From positions 42,668,464 through 42,732,463 of the forward strand of contig NC_043011.1 of NCBI RefSeq assembly GCF_006345805.1: a stretch of DNA of 64,000 bases, read 5' to 3'. Each line of letters starts with the position of its first letter. Position 1 is the first letter of the stretch. A model generated the notes under the pieces. That model was not told the origin of the DNA and made no database searches. It worked only from the letters and a program-made list of their open reading frames with translations. The position numbers and the translations under genes are program-made. This DNA is from Octopus sinensis. Taxonomy: Eukaryota. Of the stretch, positions 1 to 12,835 are shown piece by piece.

Positions 1-588
1 AAAATGTCTTTTTTTAAATCGAAATGTTTACACCCGGTATATATACAAGTACGTACATATATAAAAAAAATAAAAATAAAAAATAAACAGAAATGGGTGT
101 GGAACGAAACTCCTGTGGAGTTCTAATTATGTTCGGCAGTTAATTTTCTCAGCAAACAGACTTTCTGTTCAAAATCATACCCGATCAAATGTATTTGATG
201 TTTTACTTCTCGAATTGAACATAATAATCATTCACACCACACACAAAAAAACGTAAGGAAGACAAAATTCAATAAAAACATATGAACTTTTGGTTACTTG
301 CAAATAGTGTAAAAAGTTACTTGTAGTTGGATATGTAAAATGAGATGAATTGCGGTTACGTTCATTCCAAGTTCTGCTAATCTTATAGAAAATAGGGCGA
401 TTCTTTTCAAGAACTCACGATGATATAAAAATGGTTGGAACTGCCAAAACAGCCTGAATGTCCAGTCTTCCAAGGCAAGTTGCCAGCATCCACAAACACC
501 GCGCCGTGTCATTTCCAGTTACACGAAAAGAACATAGTGAAGGCATTTTTTTTAATTCCCAAAAGATGAATCGTATTAGAGCAACATA

Positions 589-984
589 TCTTTATATATA
601 AAAGTAAGGTTGTGTGCTGTCTGTCTCCTACGATTTAGATTCCTAACTACTCCCACATTTGGCGGTGCAGTTTAACCAAAACCGGGTATCTTATAGTCGT
701 GATTCATATCGAGCCCTTCTGGGTATTAGCGCGCGTCTACGATGAGTCTACGATTAAAAAAAAAATTTACCATCAATTTTTCCCATTTTTTAATGCATTT
801 TTGGCATATATAAGGGAAGTAACTCTCTAAAAGTTTATTATTAAATCTCAGAACGTAAAAAGCTACAGTAACACCTCGCTTTGTGGTTACCTATATTGAG
901 ATGGCTATTATACTTTACATCTCTAAAAATGCTTATATAGTTATTTCCCTTACAAACCCGAGCAACGCCGGGTGATACTGCTAG
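589..984 (+). mobile_element. Non-autonomous Helitron (short variant with 88-bp internal module)
   Basis: Starts A|TCTTTATATATAAAAG and ends in a CCCG-AGCAACGC-CGGG hairpin then CTAG|T. Inserted between A and T with no TSD. Homologous to the copies at 12836 and 31554-32874. Confidence 0.85.
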
Positions 985-1071
985 TTTCTTTTAAAAAGCA
1001 TTTTATAGAAAATAGCACTGCAGCTAGCACAGCTACAATACGATCAGATGTAAAACTACCAGCGCCAGCAC

Positions 1072-1393
1072 ACACCGGTACTCCGTCGATTACGACGATG
1101 AGGGTTCCAGTTAATCTGACGAACGGGACTTTCTGCTTGTGAAACTAACGTGCTAGTGGATGAGCACTCCACAGACAAGCGTACCCTTAACGTAGTTCTT
1201 AGAGAGATTCAGCGTGACACAAAATGTGACAAGGCTGACCCCATTGAAATACACGTGCTACTCTTCTTGCCAGCTGAGTAAACAGGAACAACATTAAATA
1301 AAGTGTTTTGCTTAAGAACACAACGAGCCGCCGGGTATCGAACTCACGACCTTACGATTGTGAGCCGAATACCCTAACCACTAAGCCACGCAT
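1072..1393 (-). mobile_element. tRNA-derived SINE (body S4 + tail T1)
   Basis: Reverse strand has A-box TGGCTTAGTGG, B-box GTTCGATACC, body GTGTTCTTAAGCAAAACACTT, and a tail shared with 3524-3906. Confidence 0.8.
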
Positions 1394-1481
1394 CTCAGTA
1401 AGTAACACACAAAGTCATCAACAATAATACATGCAAGATGGTCACCCACTCCGTATATAGTCTAATTATAATTATCATTAT

Positions 1482-1642
1482 GCGCAGGAGTGGCTGTGTG
1501 GTAAGTAGCTTGCTTACCCACCATATGGTTCCGGGTTCAGTCCTACTGCGTGGCACCTTGGGCAAGTGTCTTCTACTATAGCTCGGGCCGACCAAAGCCT
1601 TGTGAGTGGATTTGGTAGATGGAAACTGAAAAGAAGCCCGTC

Positions 1643-1726
<84 letters not shown>

Positions 1727-1945
1727 TATAGATGTGTGTGTGTCTGTGTTTGACCCCACAGCGTCGCTTGACAACCGATGCTGGTGTGTTTATGTCCCCC
1801 GTAACTTAGCGGTTCGGCAAAAGAGACCGATAGAATAAGTACTAGGCTTCCAAAGAATAAGTCCTGGGGTCGATTTGCTCGACTAAAGGCGGCGCTCCAG
1901 CACGGCCGCAGTCAAATGACTGAAACAAGTGAAAGAGTAAAAGAG
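1482..1945 (+). mobile_element. tRNA-derived SINE S2 with internal microsatellite
   Basis: Head TGGCTGTGTGGTAAG..GGTTCAGTCC, CORE-like GGGCAAGTGTCTTCTACTATAGC, internal (TA)n and tail CAGTCAAATGACTGAAAC. About 10 copies in the window. Confidence 0.85.
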
Positions 1946-2517
1946 GTATCTTTACAACTTTTGTAACTCCTTTTAACCGAGTAAACTTCCGTTCTTGGGA
2001 AACTTTGCAGTATGTAATCAGGAAATACGTAAGACACTTACAGAAACTCATCTGTCAATATATTGAAACATATGCATGCTGAAGCATGTAATCTTCGCCA
2101 TATACAAAAGTGGTTTGTAACTATTATCTATATAAAACGACTCAACGCATCGCCATTGGACACCTTAAATCACAAGAGAAAATTTGAAGAGAGGGTTGGA
2201 GAGAAACAAGTATTAAATAAATTATGTTAATACATTATTGCATTTCTTTTTAATCACACGAATAACCCCAAATGTAACACACCAGAGGGCCACGTTTTCT
2301 TATTTCTTTATTGCCCACAAGGGGCTAAATATAGAGGGGACAAACAAGGACAGGTAAAAAAATAACTACTTGGGTCGATTCGTGCGAATAAAAAAAAGCC
2401 TTCGAGGCGGTGCCCCAGTAGGGCCGCAGTCCAATGACTGAAACAAAGAAAAGGTTAAATATAAACATGAAGAATTCCTACTCATTGTGGAAGTAACTCC
2501 CTTTTCTGACCATAATA

Positions 2518-2733
2518 CTGATTTCAAATTTTGGCACAAGGCCCACAATTTCGGGGGAGAGGCTAAGTCTATTACGTCGACTCCAGTACTCAACTGGTAC
2601 TTATTTTATCAACCCTGGAAGGATAAAAGGCAATGTCAGCCTCCGCGGAATTTGAACTCAGAACGTAAAGACGGACGAAGTGCCGCTAAGCATTTTGTCC
2701 CGCGTTCTAACGATTCTGCCAGCTCGTCGCCTT
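2518..2733 (-). mobile_element. SINE S3
   Basis: Matches the multi-copy unit GAGCTGGCAGAATCGTTAG..TTCTGAGTTCAAATTCC..GATAAAATAAGTACCAG. Confidence 0.8.
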
Positions 2734-3079
2734 TTTTGCTGATCATAATTTTATAGAAGTGTAGATCGGTATCAATCTTTGTCCACCCTGAATTTTCTCG
2801 ATCCGTCATGCAAATCAATCAGTGAATTGATCTGAAACCTATATTGACGCCTAATTCTCTCAGCAAAAGGAATGACATGAAACTGAGGCAATTAATGCCA
2901 TTAACTCTAGCTACATGTATTTTAGCTCAGCTAAAACTGGAATGTCTAGGAAGAATTCCCTTAAGGCTAAGAACAAAAGTCTCAAATTGCTTAAATTCTC
3001 AAATTACTAGCAGACGCCCTCCTTTAAAGATGACACACATGCAGCACATAAATAAAATGATCCCATGTAAACGAGAGAG

Positions 3080-3130
3080 AGGAAGAGTGAGTGTGTGTGT
3101 GAGAGAGAGAGAGTGGGGGAGAGAGAGGAG

Positions 3131-3208
<78 letters not shown>
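3080..3208. repeat. (GA)n microsatellite
   Basis: Seen directly. Confidence 0.95.
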
Positions 3209-3214
<6 letters not shown>

Positions 3215-3523
3215 CGTAAAGGAAATCAAGGCTATCGAAAATATAAAGACCAATCCTATATTTACTAGAAATAAATACATAAATACCTGATTAAAATAAA
3301 CAAAACTGCGCTCCAAAGCATTACAAAATAACAGGGCCATTATTTGAAAGAAGCGACTCACTTACTGTAGATTTGCTCTCAGTATGAGAAGTATTGCAAG
3401 GACAATGCCACAGTATTATACCAGCCTGGTATAAGGACAAACAAGTAGATGAGCCAGATGAAACCCCAACACTGCAAGTTTTGAAGAAGAATTGACAACT
3501 GTCTATTATGTAGATATAAATGA

Positions 3524-3906
3524 TGGAGGCGCAATGGCCCAGTGGTTAGGGCAGCGGACACGCGGTCATAGGATCGCGGTTTCGATTCCCAGACCGGGTG
3601 TTGTGAGTGTTTATTGAGCGAAAACGCCTAAAGCTCCACGAGGCTCCGGCAGGGGATGGTGGTGATCCCTGCTGTACTCTTTCACCACAACTTTCTCTCA
3701 CTCTTACTTCCTGCTTCTGTTGTACCTGTATTTCAAAGGGCCGGCCTTGTCACTCTCTGTGTCACGCTGAATATCCCCGAGAACTACGTTAAGGGTACAC
3801 GTGTCTGTGGAGTGCTCGGCCACTTACACGTTAATTTCACGAGCAGGCTGTTCCGTTGATTCGGATCAACCGGAACCCTCGTCGTCGTAATCGACGGAGT
3901 GCTTCC
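3524..3906 (+). mobile_element. tRNA-derived SINE (body S1 + tail T1)
   Basis: A-box TGGCCCAGTGG, B-box GTTTCGATTCC, body GAAAACGCCTAAAGCTCCACG, tail CCCCGAGAACTACGTTAAGGG. Confidence 0.85.
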
Positions 3907-4052
3907 ATATATAAATGATGGAATGCGTGTCAAAATTGAAACGGGCTCGCAATAACCTCTCATATCTTCCCACATGTCTTAAAACGTGCAATGAGATTAC
4001 TTAAACCACTCTAGATACTTCCCCAAGCTTTCGTAGACGTGATAATATAATA

Positions 4053-4308
4053 AATGAATGCGCCCTTTCAAAGCCTAGCCAGGCTCATGGGCCCGGTTTC
4101 CCGGTTTCCATGACGTATGTGTTCCCCCAGCTGGATGGGACGCCAGTCCATCGCAGCGTTACTCATTTTTGCCAGCTGAGTGGACTGGAGCAACGTGAAA
4201 TGAAGTGTTTTGCTCAAGAACACAACGCGTCACCCGGTCCAGGAATCGAAACCACAATCTTACGACCATGATGCCGACACCCTAACCACTAAGCCACACG
4301 CGCCTCCA
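4053..4308 (-). mobile_element. tRNA-derived SINE (body S4 + tail T2)
   Basis: Head and body as in 1072-1393. Tail GCGATGGACTGGCGTCC..AAAGGGCG as in 45036-45355. Confidence 0.8.
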
Positions 4309-4359
4309 CAGAAGTGATAAGCTCTTCAAAAATTTCTCAAAAGTACTGTTATATCTGTA

Positions 4360-4612
4360 GTGTTTGACGTAAAACATGTTAAAGACTAAATTCCTACAGC
4401 CCTAATATTTTTTTCAGTCATCAGCAAAGTCATAGAAGGAATTATTAAAGAGAAATTATTTACGCTTTTGGAAGAAAATTGCTAAGTTATGCTAAGCGCA
4501 GTTTCCGTTAAGGAAGAAGCTGCCTCACTCGTTACGTGACGATGTTAAAGTAGGTGTACAATGAATCCTATGTAAATATGATATCCGCGGACTTTGGGAA
4601 AGCTTTTCACCT
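4360..4612 (+). mobile_element. Degenerate CR1-clade LINE RT fragment
   Basis: Manual translation gives FR*GRSCLT...VNMISADFGKAF, matching the CR1 RT motifs GFRxGRSCLT and DxIYLDFxKAFD. Contains stops and frameshifts. Confidence 0.6.
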
Positions 4613-4992
4613 GAAATAATGTCAAGCCAATTTGGAAACACAGTGGAGATATTATACTCTAATCGCTAGAATCATTACCAAACGCAACAGTTATAATCAG
4701 TAATGACGCATATAATTTGCGATGGCGCAGAATGAACGAATTGGCCGAGTAGGGCATCGGATATTTGTTCACACTCTGTGCTTTGAGTTCAAATCTCATC
4801 CAGGTCAACTTTGTCTTTCGGAGTTGATAACAGGTTTACCAAGCCAGACGATAGATTGGCGGGTGATGGATTGGAGATGCTGCACTGTACTTGTTACGGC
4901 CCTTTGCGCTCTGACTAATCCTTGCGATGACATCATTCCAAGCTGTAGCTGCTCTTATGTAGTGATCTTTCCCTTGAAAAGCATCGGTAGCA

Positions 4993-5002
4993 GAGAAAGG
5001 GA

Positions 5003-5075
<73 letters not shown>
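4993..5075. repeat. (GA)n microsatellite
   Basis: Seen directly. Confidence 0.95.
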
Positions 5076-5078
<3 letters not shown>

Positions 5079-5627
5079 GAGGAATAATGCTTGCATGTTA
5101 AACTACTAGAATTTCCTAAAAAACCCTTACAAAGACCTACACGTATACAGACGCAAACAAATTATCAACCTTGACCGATAGAAGCACTCTAGACTAATGC
5201 ATCATTTCATGCACATACTGAGCACTTTTTTAGAATACGAGAACCAAATTTCGTTTGGTAAGTCAAGGCTGAAGGCCTCCAAGCTGATGTTTAAATTAAA
5301 AGCATTTTCCAGTTCAAGAAGATTGCTACAGTGTATCAGGTGTTTTCCTGGCGTGAACGAAAAGTAAAACGATAAAGAAGTGATAATATATTAAAAACAA
5401 AATATAACAAAATAAATTTGCGAAAAATATTTTTAATATATTATTAAAATATGATTTTTGGAAATTACATCCGGTAAATATACTTCGTCGGTTTTATAAT
5501 TACTTTTCTAATTATACGCTCACCAACTCCACAAGTAAAATGAGTAGGGCAAATCAGTTGATCAGACAATAGAAACAACCATTATCGAAACTGAGGGAGA
5601 ATTAGATAATATATTATGTTATAAAAT

Positions 5628-5855
5628 ACTATACAATATAATATAATATAATATAATATAATATAATATAATATGATATAATATGATATGATATGATATG
5701 ATATGATATGATATGATATGATATGATATGATATGATATGATATGATATGATATGATATGATATGATATGATATGATATGATATGATATGATATGATATG
5801 ATATGATATGATATGATATGATATGATATAATATAATATAATATAATATAATATA
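5628..5855. repeat. Compound pentanucleotide array (AATAT)n-(GATAT)n-(AATAT)n
   Basis: Seen directly. Confidence 0.95.
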
Positions 5856-5856
5856 A

Positions 5857-6225
5857 AGGCAGCGAGCTGGCAGAAACGTTAGCACGCCGGGCAAAATGCG
5901 TAGCCGTATTTCGTCTGCTGTTACGTTCTGAGTTCAAATTCCGCCGAGGTCGACTTTGCCTTTCCTCCTTTCGGGGTCGATTAAATAAGTACCAGTTACG
6001 CACTGGGGTCGATATAATCTGTTTGTCTGTCCTTGTTTGTCCCTTGTGGGTAGTAAAGAAACAGGTATTTCGTCTGCCGCTACGTTCTGAGTTCAAATTC
6101 CACCAGGATCGACTTTGCCTTTCATCATTTCGGGGTCGGTGAATTACGTACCAGTTGCGTACTGGGGTCGATCTAATCGACTGGCCTCCTCCCAAATGTT
6201 TCAGTCCTTGTGCCTGAATATAATA
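5857..6225 (+). mobile_element. SINE S3 with tandemly duplicated body (head + 2 units)
   Basis: The tail GTGGGTAGTAAAGAAACAG is joined back to internal GTATTTCGTCTG at about 6063. Confidence 0.85.
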
Positions 6226-6235
6226 TTATATTATA

Positions 6236-6450
6236 GGGCGGTGAGCTGGTAGAACCATTAGCACGCCGGACAAAGTCTTCAAGCGCCGATTTGTTCACCT
6301 TTATATTCTGTTTCAAATTCCGACGAGATTGATTTTGGCTTTCCCCCTTTTTGAGTCGATAAAATAAGTACTATTTGAGAACCGGAGTCGATGTAATCAA
6401 CTTACGCCCACACCCGAAATTTCTGGCCTTGTGCCAAAATTTGAAACCTG
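6236..6450 (+). mobile_element. SINE S3 (diverged)
   Basis: Homologous to the other S3 copies. Confidence 0.75.
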
Positions 6451-6589
6451 TATGATGCTATATATATATATACATACATACATATATGCTCTACTTTGTA
6501 ATCTGTCCCGTCTGTGTGCAGCCCTGTGTGGCTAATAAAGAAACATATCTTTCTGTCTTTGCCTGTCTGACTGTATTTCTGTCTGTCTA

Positions 6590-6593
6590 TATT

Positions 6594-6686
<93 letters not shown>

Positions 6687-7292
6687 CTATCTATCAATAT
6701 ATCTGTCTATCTGTCTTTCTGTCTTTGTATATTTATGTATGTAAGTAGGTGTGTATTTGCGTGTATATGTATCTGTGTAAAGAACCAATCAAGTAATCAG
6801 TCAATTGAACAACTAATCGACCTATCTATCTTCTTTAGATGCCTACCGACTTCCATCTGTCCACCCACCCATCCACCCGCCCATCCACCCGCCCATCCAC
6901 CCACCCATCCACCCGCCCATCCACCCACCCACCCACCCATCCATCCATCCATCTATCCATCCATCCATCCATCTATCCATCCACCCACCCATCCATCCAT
7001 CCATTCATCCATCCCTCCATCCACCCACCCATCCACCCACCCATCCATCCACTCACCCATCCATCCATCCATCCACCCACCCATCCACCCATCCTTCCAT
7101 CCACCATCCATCCACTCACACATCCATCCATCAATTCATCCACCCACCCATCCATCCACCAATCCCTCCCTCCCTCCCTCCATCCATCCACTCACACATC
7201 CATCCATCCATCCATCCACCCATCCATCCATCCATCCATCCATCCATCCATCCATCCATCCATCCAACCATCCATCCATCCATCCATCCATC
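6590..7292. repeat. Compound microsatellites (CTGT)n/(CT)n/(CTAT)n and a long (CCAT/CCAC)n array
   Basis: Seen directly. Explains ORFs 6486-7301 and 6839-7336. Confidence 0.9.
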
Positions 7293-7679
7293 TTTCTTTG
7301 ACCGCAGGATTATCAGCTTATCTTCATCGCCCCTAAAGTGCCAACAACATCATCACTGTCATTATCACGAATATCATCAAAAACTTTAAAAATCACCGAC
7401 CATAACGCCTTTGCGTTAGTATATCATAGACGAAAAACTTAAGATCACTTTCCAAAAAAAAGTCTGTGTGTCAAGAGATATATAGATTCCGTGAAGATAT
7501 TGCACTTACAATTGGTATTACTTACAAATTATCTTGAAAGAAGTTAACATATGGTTGCAGCTTGATAATTAATTTTCACTGGAGATAATTGGCAAGTAGC
7601 ACCAGTTTTCTTTGTCTATGGTAATAAATAAAGTAGATGTAGCGGTTGTCTGAAAAGCTCGATAGCTTCTACAACGCTA

Positions 7680-7829
7680 ATGTATGTATACATACATACA
7701 CGCACATGCATACATATACTAAAGTATAAAGATATATGTATACATATACACACACACACACACACACACAGATATATATACACATACATACATATATATA
7801 TACATACTTATATATATATACATACATAC

Positions 7830-7890
<61 letters not shown>

Positions 7891-8105
7891 CATACATATG
7901 TATATATACATACATATACTTGCACTCATACATATATACATACATACATGCATATATACATACATACATGCATATATATATACATACATGTATATATGCA
8001 CAGACAAATGAACACACACGCACGCATATATATATATATGTATATGTTTATATAAGTGTGTATTTAAGTATCTCTTAATATGTGTGTGCGCACGCGCGTG
8101 TGTAC
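7680..8105. repeat. (TA)/(CA)/(CATA) compound microsatellite
   Basis: Seen directly. Confidence 0.9.
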
Positions 8106-9224
8106 AGACAGAAAGTGAACAGAGGGATAGATATAGGAGAGCTAAAATCATACGAACTACTGATCACTCTATTGAGATTTATGATATTTTGTTCCTATAA
8201 CTGAAAATCCTGAAACTACGCAGTTTATTCAGCCACATTTTGGAAAAAAATACTTTGAAAAGTATCATTCTTGTGTTGTAGAACTGAGGTATTTCTCTGT
8301 AGAAGTAAATGAATTTCAAAGAAAAAGTAAAATGAAAAAGTTTGAACAAAACGAAAATGAATAAAGACTTATGTGAGATCAATACTTTACCAATTGAAGG
8401 GGAGAATAAAGGAAAGAAACGAAGGAAAGGTAAAATTAGAGAAGCGATTGCAAGGAGAAATGAAAATGAGACAAGAATCGCAAGTGAATATGTATGTATG
8501 CATGTAATTAGTGTATGTGTAATTAGTCAGGTGAAGGTGGAGTAGCGAGTTATATAATAGACGCTTCTCAGAATGTCTGCATTTTCTTAAAATTTCTGTT
8601 CTAGTGTTCAAACAGCAGTAATTTTATACAAGGATTTTGAGAATTCTTTTTTAACACTGAAGGTCAAAGATTACATTTTGCTTTCATTCTGGGAATTTCA
8701 TCATTTGTTTATTTCCAATTTAATGTTGCAGTTAGAAGTATACATTTAATTACCGATGCTGTCGTCTGGTTTTTTTCCCCCCATTTCTCTTTTCAATATG
8801 TTGAAGAAGTCTTTTCTTGAATTTCCCTTCAGTAATACTTATGTATCACTTATGTGCCTTTACTTGGATTCGTTTTAGCGAAGCATACACTAATTCATGA
8901 ATTATAGCTTCTGTATTGCAAGACTAACTTATAGATAAGTATTACGGCTCCTGCATGAACATGTGGCCTCAGTTTTAATGGGGAAACTAGTTTCTTATTC
9001 GTGATACAGCTATAGCTTAATTTAAGATTGTGACTTTAAAAAAAATATTTTAATATTTATATTCGTTAGCGTTGTGTTATTCTGTTAAATTCAGAAAGGT
9101 TTTGCGATAAAAGATTTAACATTAAGAGAAAAGAGCTATGGGAACGATATGATTTTACGACGCATTTTCTTAGTTGAGTCAATAATGTCCTTTCTACGAT
9201 TGACCAAGGCCTAAATTTTTTAGG

Positions 9225-9350
9225 GATCTTCAGTGCTCAACTGGTACTTATTTTATCGATTCCCAAAGGATGAAAAGCAAAGTCGATTTCGGTGGTCGAA
9301 ATGCCGTTAAGTATTTTCTACAGCGTGCTAATGATCTCCAGCTCACCGCA
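9225..9350 (-). mobile_element. SINE S3 fragment
   Basis: Contains CTGGTACTTATTTTATCGA..GGATGAAAAGCAAAGTCGA. Confidence 0.65.
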
Positions 9351-9494
9351 TTAGTTCAATTGATAATATCAATAATACACATATCTCTAGTTTTACTAAA
9401 TTTGATATTGTTGAATTTTACTCCTCAGTATCTTACTAGAACACATATTTACTCAAAAGAGTTCAACATAACAGCATTAAGAGAAGTTTGAGTG

Positions 9495-9757
9495 GACTAT
9501 CAACAATACCAAAAGGGTTGGCGAAAGCGATGTGGTGGACAACGAAAAATCTGGCTGATGACAGTCAAGGCTGATCTGGAACCCAACCTAGGCCCCCATA
9601 TCTACGGCGTTCGCCGCTAGAATAAGGACTGGGTGGAGATCACGCGGTCGTTAGCCTCAAATCGCCAGGCTTGGTCGGCGTTTGTGAGAGATGCAGCATT
9701 GAGGATGAATGAAGCCAGCTTAACCCACCCCGGGTGAATGCTGTAAGAAGAAGAAGA
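9495..9757 (+). mobile_element. RTE-clade LINE 3' end (5'-truncated)
   Basis: Translates KGWRKRCGGQRKIWLMTVKADLEPNLGPHIYGVRR*NKDWVEITRSLASNRQAWSAFVRDA..THPG*, the typical RTE ORF C-terminus. Followed by a short 3' UTR and (AAG)n tail. Confidence 0.8.
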
Positions 9758-10245
9758 AAGAATGCCAAAAGAGGTGAAAAGTTCCTGTAAGATTGTTGCT
9801 ATTCATCTCTTGATAGATCTCTGATCAAATTCTCCGTTCGTGATAATCCTGTCTTTTTTCAGACGTTATATCTAGAACTACAATAATGTATGTGCCCTTC
9901 CTTTTTTCAGTACACTAAGATGTAAGTGTACGGAAGATTTGCTTGCTATTTCGATTTTATGACTAACATTTTATTACAGCGGGCAGAAAAACTTATGTGC
10001 TCGCGATACTCGCTTACTTCACTTGCAAGAAATAGCGGAAAAATCTTCAAATAGCAAACCCTCCCATCTTAAGAAAAAAATTCACTTTAGATATATTATG
10101 CCTGAAAAAATAAAAAAGAGATTGGTTATTCCCTGTTGGAACTTCACTGATAGTAAATCTGCTCTATTATGGTTTACTTTCAGGTCAAACAAAAACAATG
10201 TCATCGAATGTGTCGAATATGTTGTACACCAGAGTGCATGGTTGA

Positions 10246-10535
10246 GGTGGAGGCACATGGCCTAGTGGTTAGAGCAGCGGACTCGCAGTCGAGGGATCTC
10301 AGACCGGGCAATGTGTGTGTTTATGAGCGAAAACACCTAAGCTCCACGCGGCTCCGGCAGAAGGTAAGGACGAACTTCTGCTGACTCTTTCGCCACAACT
10401 TTCTCTCACTCTTTGCTCCTGCATCTTGCAGGTTACCTGCGACGGACCGGTGTCCCGTCCATGTGGGGAACCTATATGCCAAGAAACTGGGAAACCGGCC
10501 CTTATGAGCCAGGCATGGCTCTAGAAGGAACAAAC
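10246..10535 (+). mobile_element. tRNA-derived SINE (body S1 + T2-like tail)
   Basis: A-box TGGCCTAGTGG, S1 body, tail GAAACTGGGAAACCGGCCC. Confidence 0.75.
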
Positions 10536-11231
10536 AGAGTAGAGGTGGTGGAAGGATGCTCAGTTAAAAATCCTACTATATTTAAGTACCTTAACATTCT
10601 AAGGTCCAATCCTGTCTTGCATTCCTCAAAGATCGATGAAATAGAGTACCAGTAATATACTGGTTTTCATATCATTGACCATATTATTTCTTTTATAAAC
10701 TTTTGGTTATTAGTATCACAAAAATAAACATCAATAAAAGGCTTATCGTATTCAGCTATTTTCAACACAATTCATATAACATGCCGCAAAAATTCTGACA
10801 AGGTAATTATCTTACCAAGTGAGTCTGTAGTAAATTTGTCGGAACAGATAGGATATATCATCAGCTCTGACAGCAAAATACCCGTTGAGAAAGTGAGAGA
10901 GAGAGAGAGAAAGGAGAGAGTGAGAGCAAGTGGGAGAGAGAGTAAGAGAGAGCCATCCTTTTCTCTCCCACAAGCTCTGTTAGAATATTCCATTTATTTC
11001 TCTTATAATCGTTGTCAACTTTAATTTGACAACTTAACTTAGTGACCAGATATTATACAGTATAAGGTTTCGTGCCAGTATTAAGCAATGATTTGACTAT
11101 TTGGGGAGCAAGGACTAGATAAAATACAATTTTTAGGATAGTTCATAAACCAATTTGACTATAATAATTGTTTCCTTCATATAACTGTATCTTCCTGTCT
11201 ATCTGTCTCTATACACACACACACACACACA

Positions 11232-11275
<44 letters not shown>

Positions 11276-11299
11276 TTTATATATATATTGAAAGAAATG

Positions 11300-11530
11300 G
11301 TAAGACAACAAAAGAATGAAAGAGACCTCGATATTATGTAAATAGAGGAATTTATCTGTAAATTTAATATGTGACAATTATTCGGTAGCTCTGAAAAAAA
11401 CTCCGAGTTTCGGATGTCGGGGCGGAAACCCACGCCATCATCTCTTCAGTTATCCGGCCACCGAAAAAATGCTTTGAAAATGACCGTTAAACAAAGGGAA
11501 ATTACTGTGTGATTGACCGTTATTATGGCA
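11300..11530 (-). mobile_element. Penelope-like pseudo-LTR fragment
   Basis: Homologous to 28685-28830 and carries a hammerhead-like core. The Penelope assignment is inferred from the ribozyme motif. Confidence 0.5.
11392..11455 (-). ncRNA. Hammerhead-ribozyme-like motif, type I (degenerate stem I)
   Basis: Reverse strand: GGAUAA-CUGAAGA-GAUG..(hairpin)..CAUC-C-GAAAC-UCG-GAGU-U. Confidence 0.5.
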
Positions 11531-11867
11531 AAAAAGCTATTAGAATGATCGCTTAGTGAGGGGAGGGTGTAATGGTAAGGGAGTAAGAATGCTCATAGTA
11601 TTCGCGTAAGCGTGCAATTTCCATACGTACACATGTGCGCCCGCACACCCACGTACATGCGCCTATAAAGTATATACTCATCCACCCTCACTTGAAACAC
11701 ACACATGCTCACAATCGCAAAAAATATATATACACACCCGCATACACGTTCGCACACACATGCGCACAAAAAAAGGTTCCTGCACACGTCTATATACGCA
11801 CATGTGGATGGAAGGGAGAGGAGAGGGTGCCTTCTTTTTCATTTTTATGGATGAGCACGATATTACA

Positions 11868-12000
11868 TATTTTACCTGTGAATTTGCTTGAGTAACCTGG
11901 AAATGCATACAACGAGCTTCTCTGCTCTAGGTGTACGGAAAACATTCTGCGAGAAATGGAAGAAAATTTGAAGAAAAAAGGAAAATAAAATAAAAATAAT
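11868..12000 (+). mobile_element. 3' UTR fragment of REL-LINE (same family as 16690-17143)
   Basis: Near-identical to 17025-17143 (CATATTTTACCTGTGAATTTG..GGTGTACGGAAAAC). Confidence 0.8.
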
Positions 12001-12206
12001 GGTTTCTAATTTAGGCATATAACCTGCGATATTGAGGTGTAACAGTAAATCGATAACATCGATCCCAGTACTTCATTGATGCTTTATTTTATCGACCCCC
12101 GAAGGGATAACGGGTGCAGTTGGTTTCGATGGGATTTCATCTCAAAGTAGAAGGGACCGGAAAAAGAAGCGCCACAAATAATTTTGTCCGACACGTAACG
12201 ATTCAA
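12001..12206 (-). mobile_element. SINE S3 (old, diverged)
   Basis: Contains TTTTATCGACCCCCGAAGGGAT and a degenerate S3 head. Confidence 0.6.
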
Positions 12207-12835
12207 TCTAGGGGCTGTTTCAAAATCGGAATAAAGACGGAAAGGGAAGTTGAGTCTTTCTTTTCCCCGATCCTGAGGAATATGCTGAGCGAAACTTTGT
12301 TCGAAGAATTTGGCAGTGAACTTTGGAATACCATCAGGTGATGTGAATGTCGCTCTATAAACTATTGCCTTTGAAAGGTAAAAATCTATTTAATGGATAG
12401 GTGTATTGACTTAGGAAATTGTATGTGGTTACATGCGCAGATGTATGTTTTTTTTAATGTTATAGCGTCTGGCGTCTGGTGAGGAGTAACTGCTAAGCAT
12501 AACAATATGGACACTAAGCTCATATAATTTATGCCTACTTCGGGAATAGTGTGACATAAGAGATAACATATTCCTACATCTCCTCATTAGATACATCTAT
12601 ACTGAACAGAGAATTAAATTAAATTATTTTTCTCGTTCCTTTTCTCGGAGGTGAAGGAACATTCCTATATACTGCATTCTCATTTAAACCACTCCGTATT
12701 AAAACTTTGCATGCGCTCCGTTTTAACAAGGAGTGACCCTCATGAAGATACCTTTATATAAATATAAACGGGAGATAATTCCAGCTACAAAGTTTTAAAT
12801 TATAGCCCGAGATGGTTTGAATTCATATGAATACA

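Noticed and set aside
294-512. 72-aa ORF with an internal GTGAGT donor-like site
   Set aside because: No acceptor or recognisable protein; cannot be supported without transcripts.
1114-1150. CTGACGA...GAAAC in a SINE tail; similar partial cores at 9555, 12283, 16144 and 48196
   Set aside because: Stems II or I are missing, and homologous SINE copies lack the core.
1330-1393. tRNA genes (here and at 3524, 4260, 10246, 45036)
   Set aside because: Only A/B boxes are retained. They run into SINE bodies and lack a paired acceptor stem.
7526-7649. Minus-strand segment with TTTTCAG and GTAAGT boundaries
   Set aside because: Stops in all three frames; at best non-coding.
12070-12375. Long minus-strand open frame after an AG (AIVYRATFTSPDG..)
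   Set aside because: It runs into a decayed SINE, has no donor site and shows no recognisable homology.
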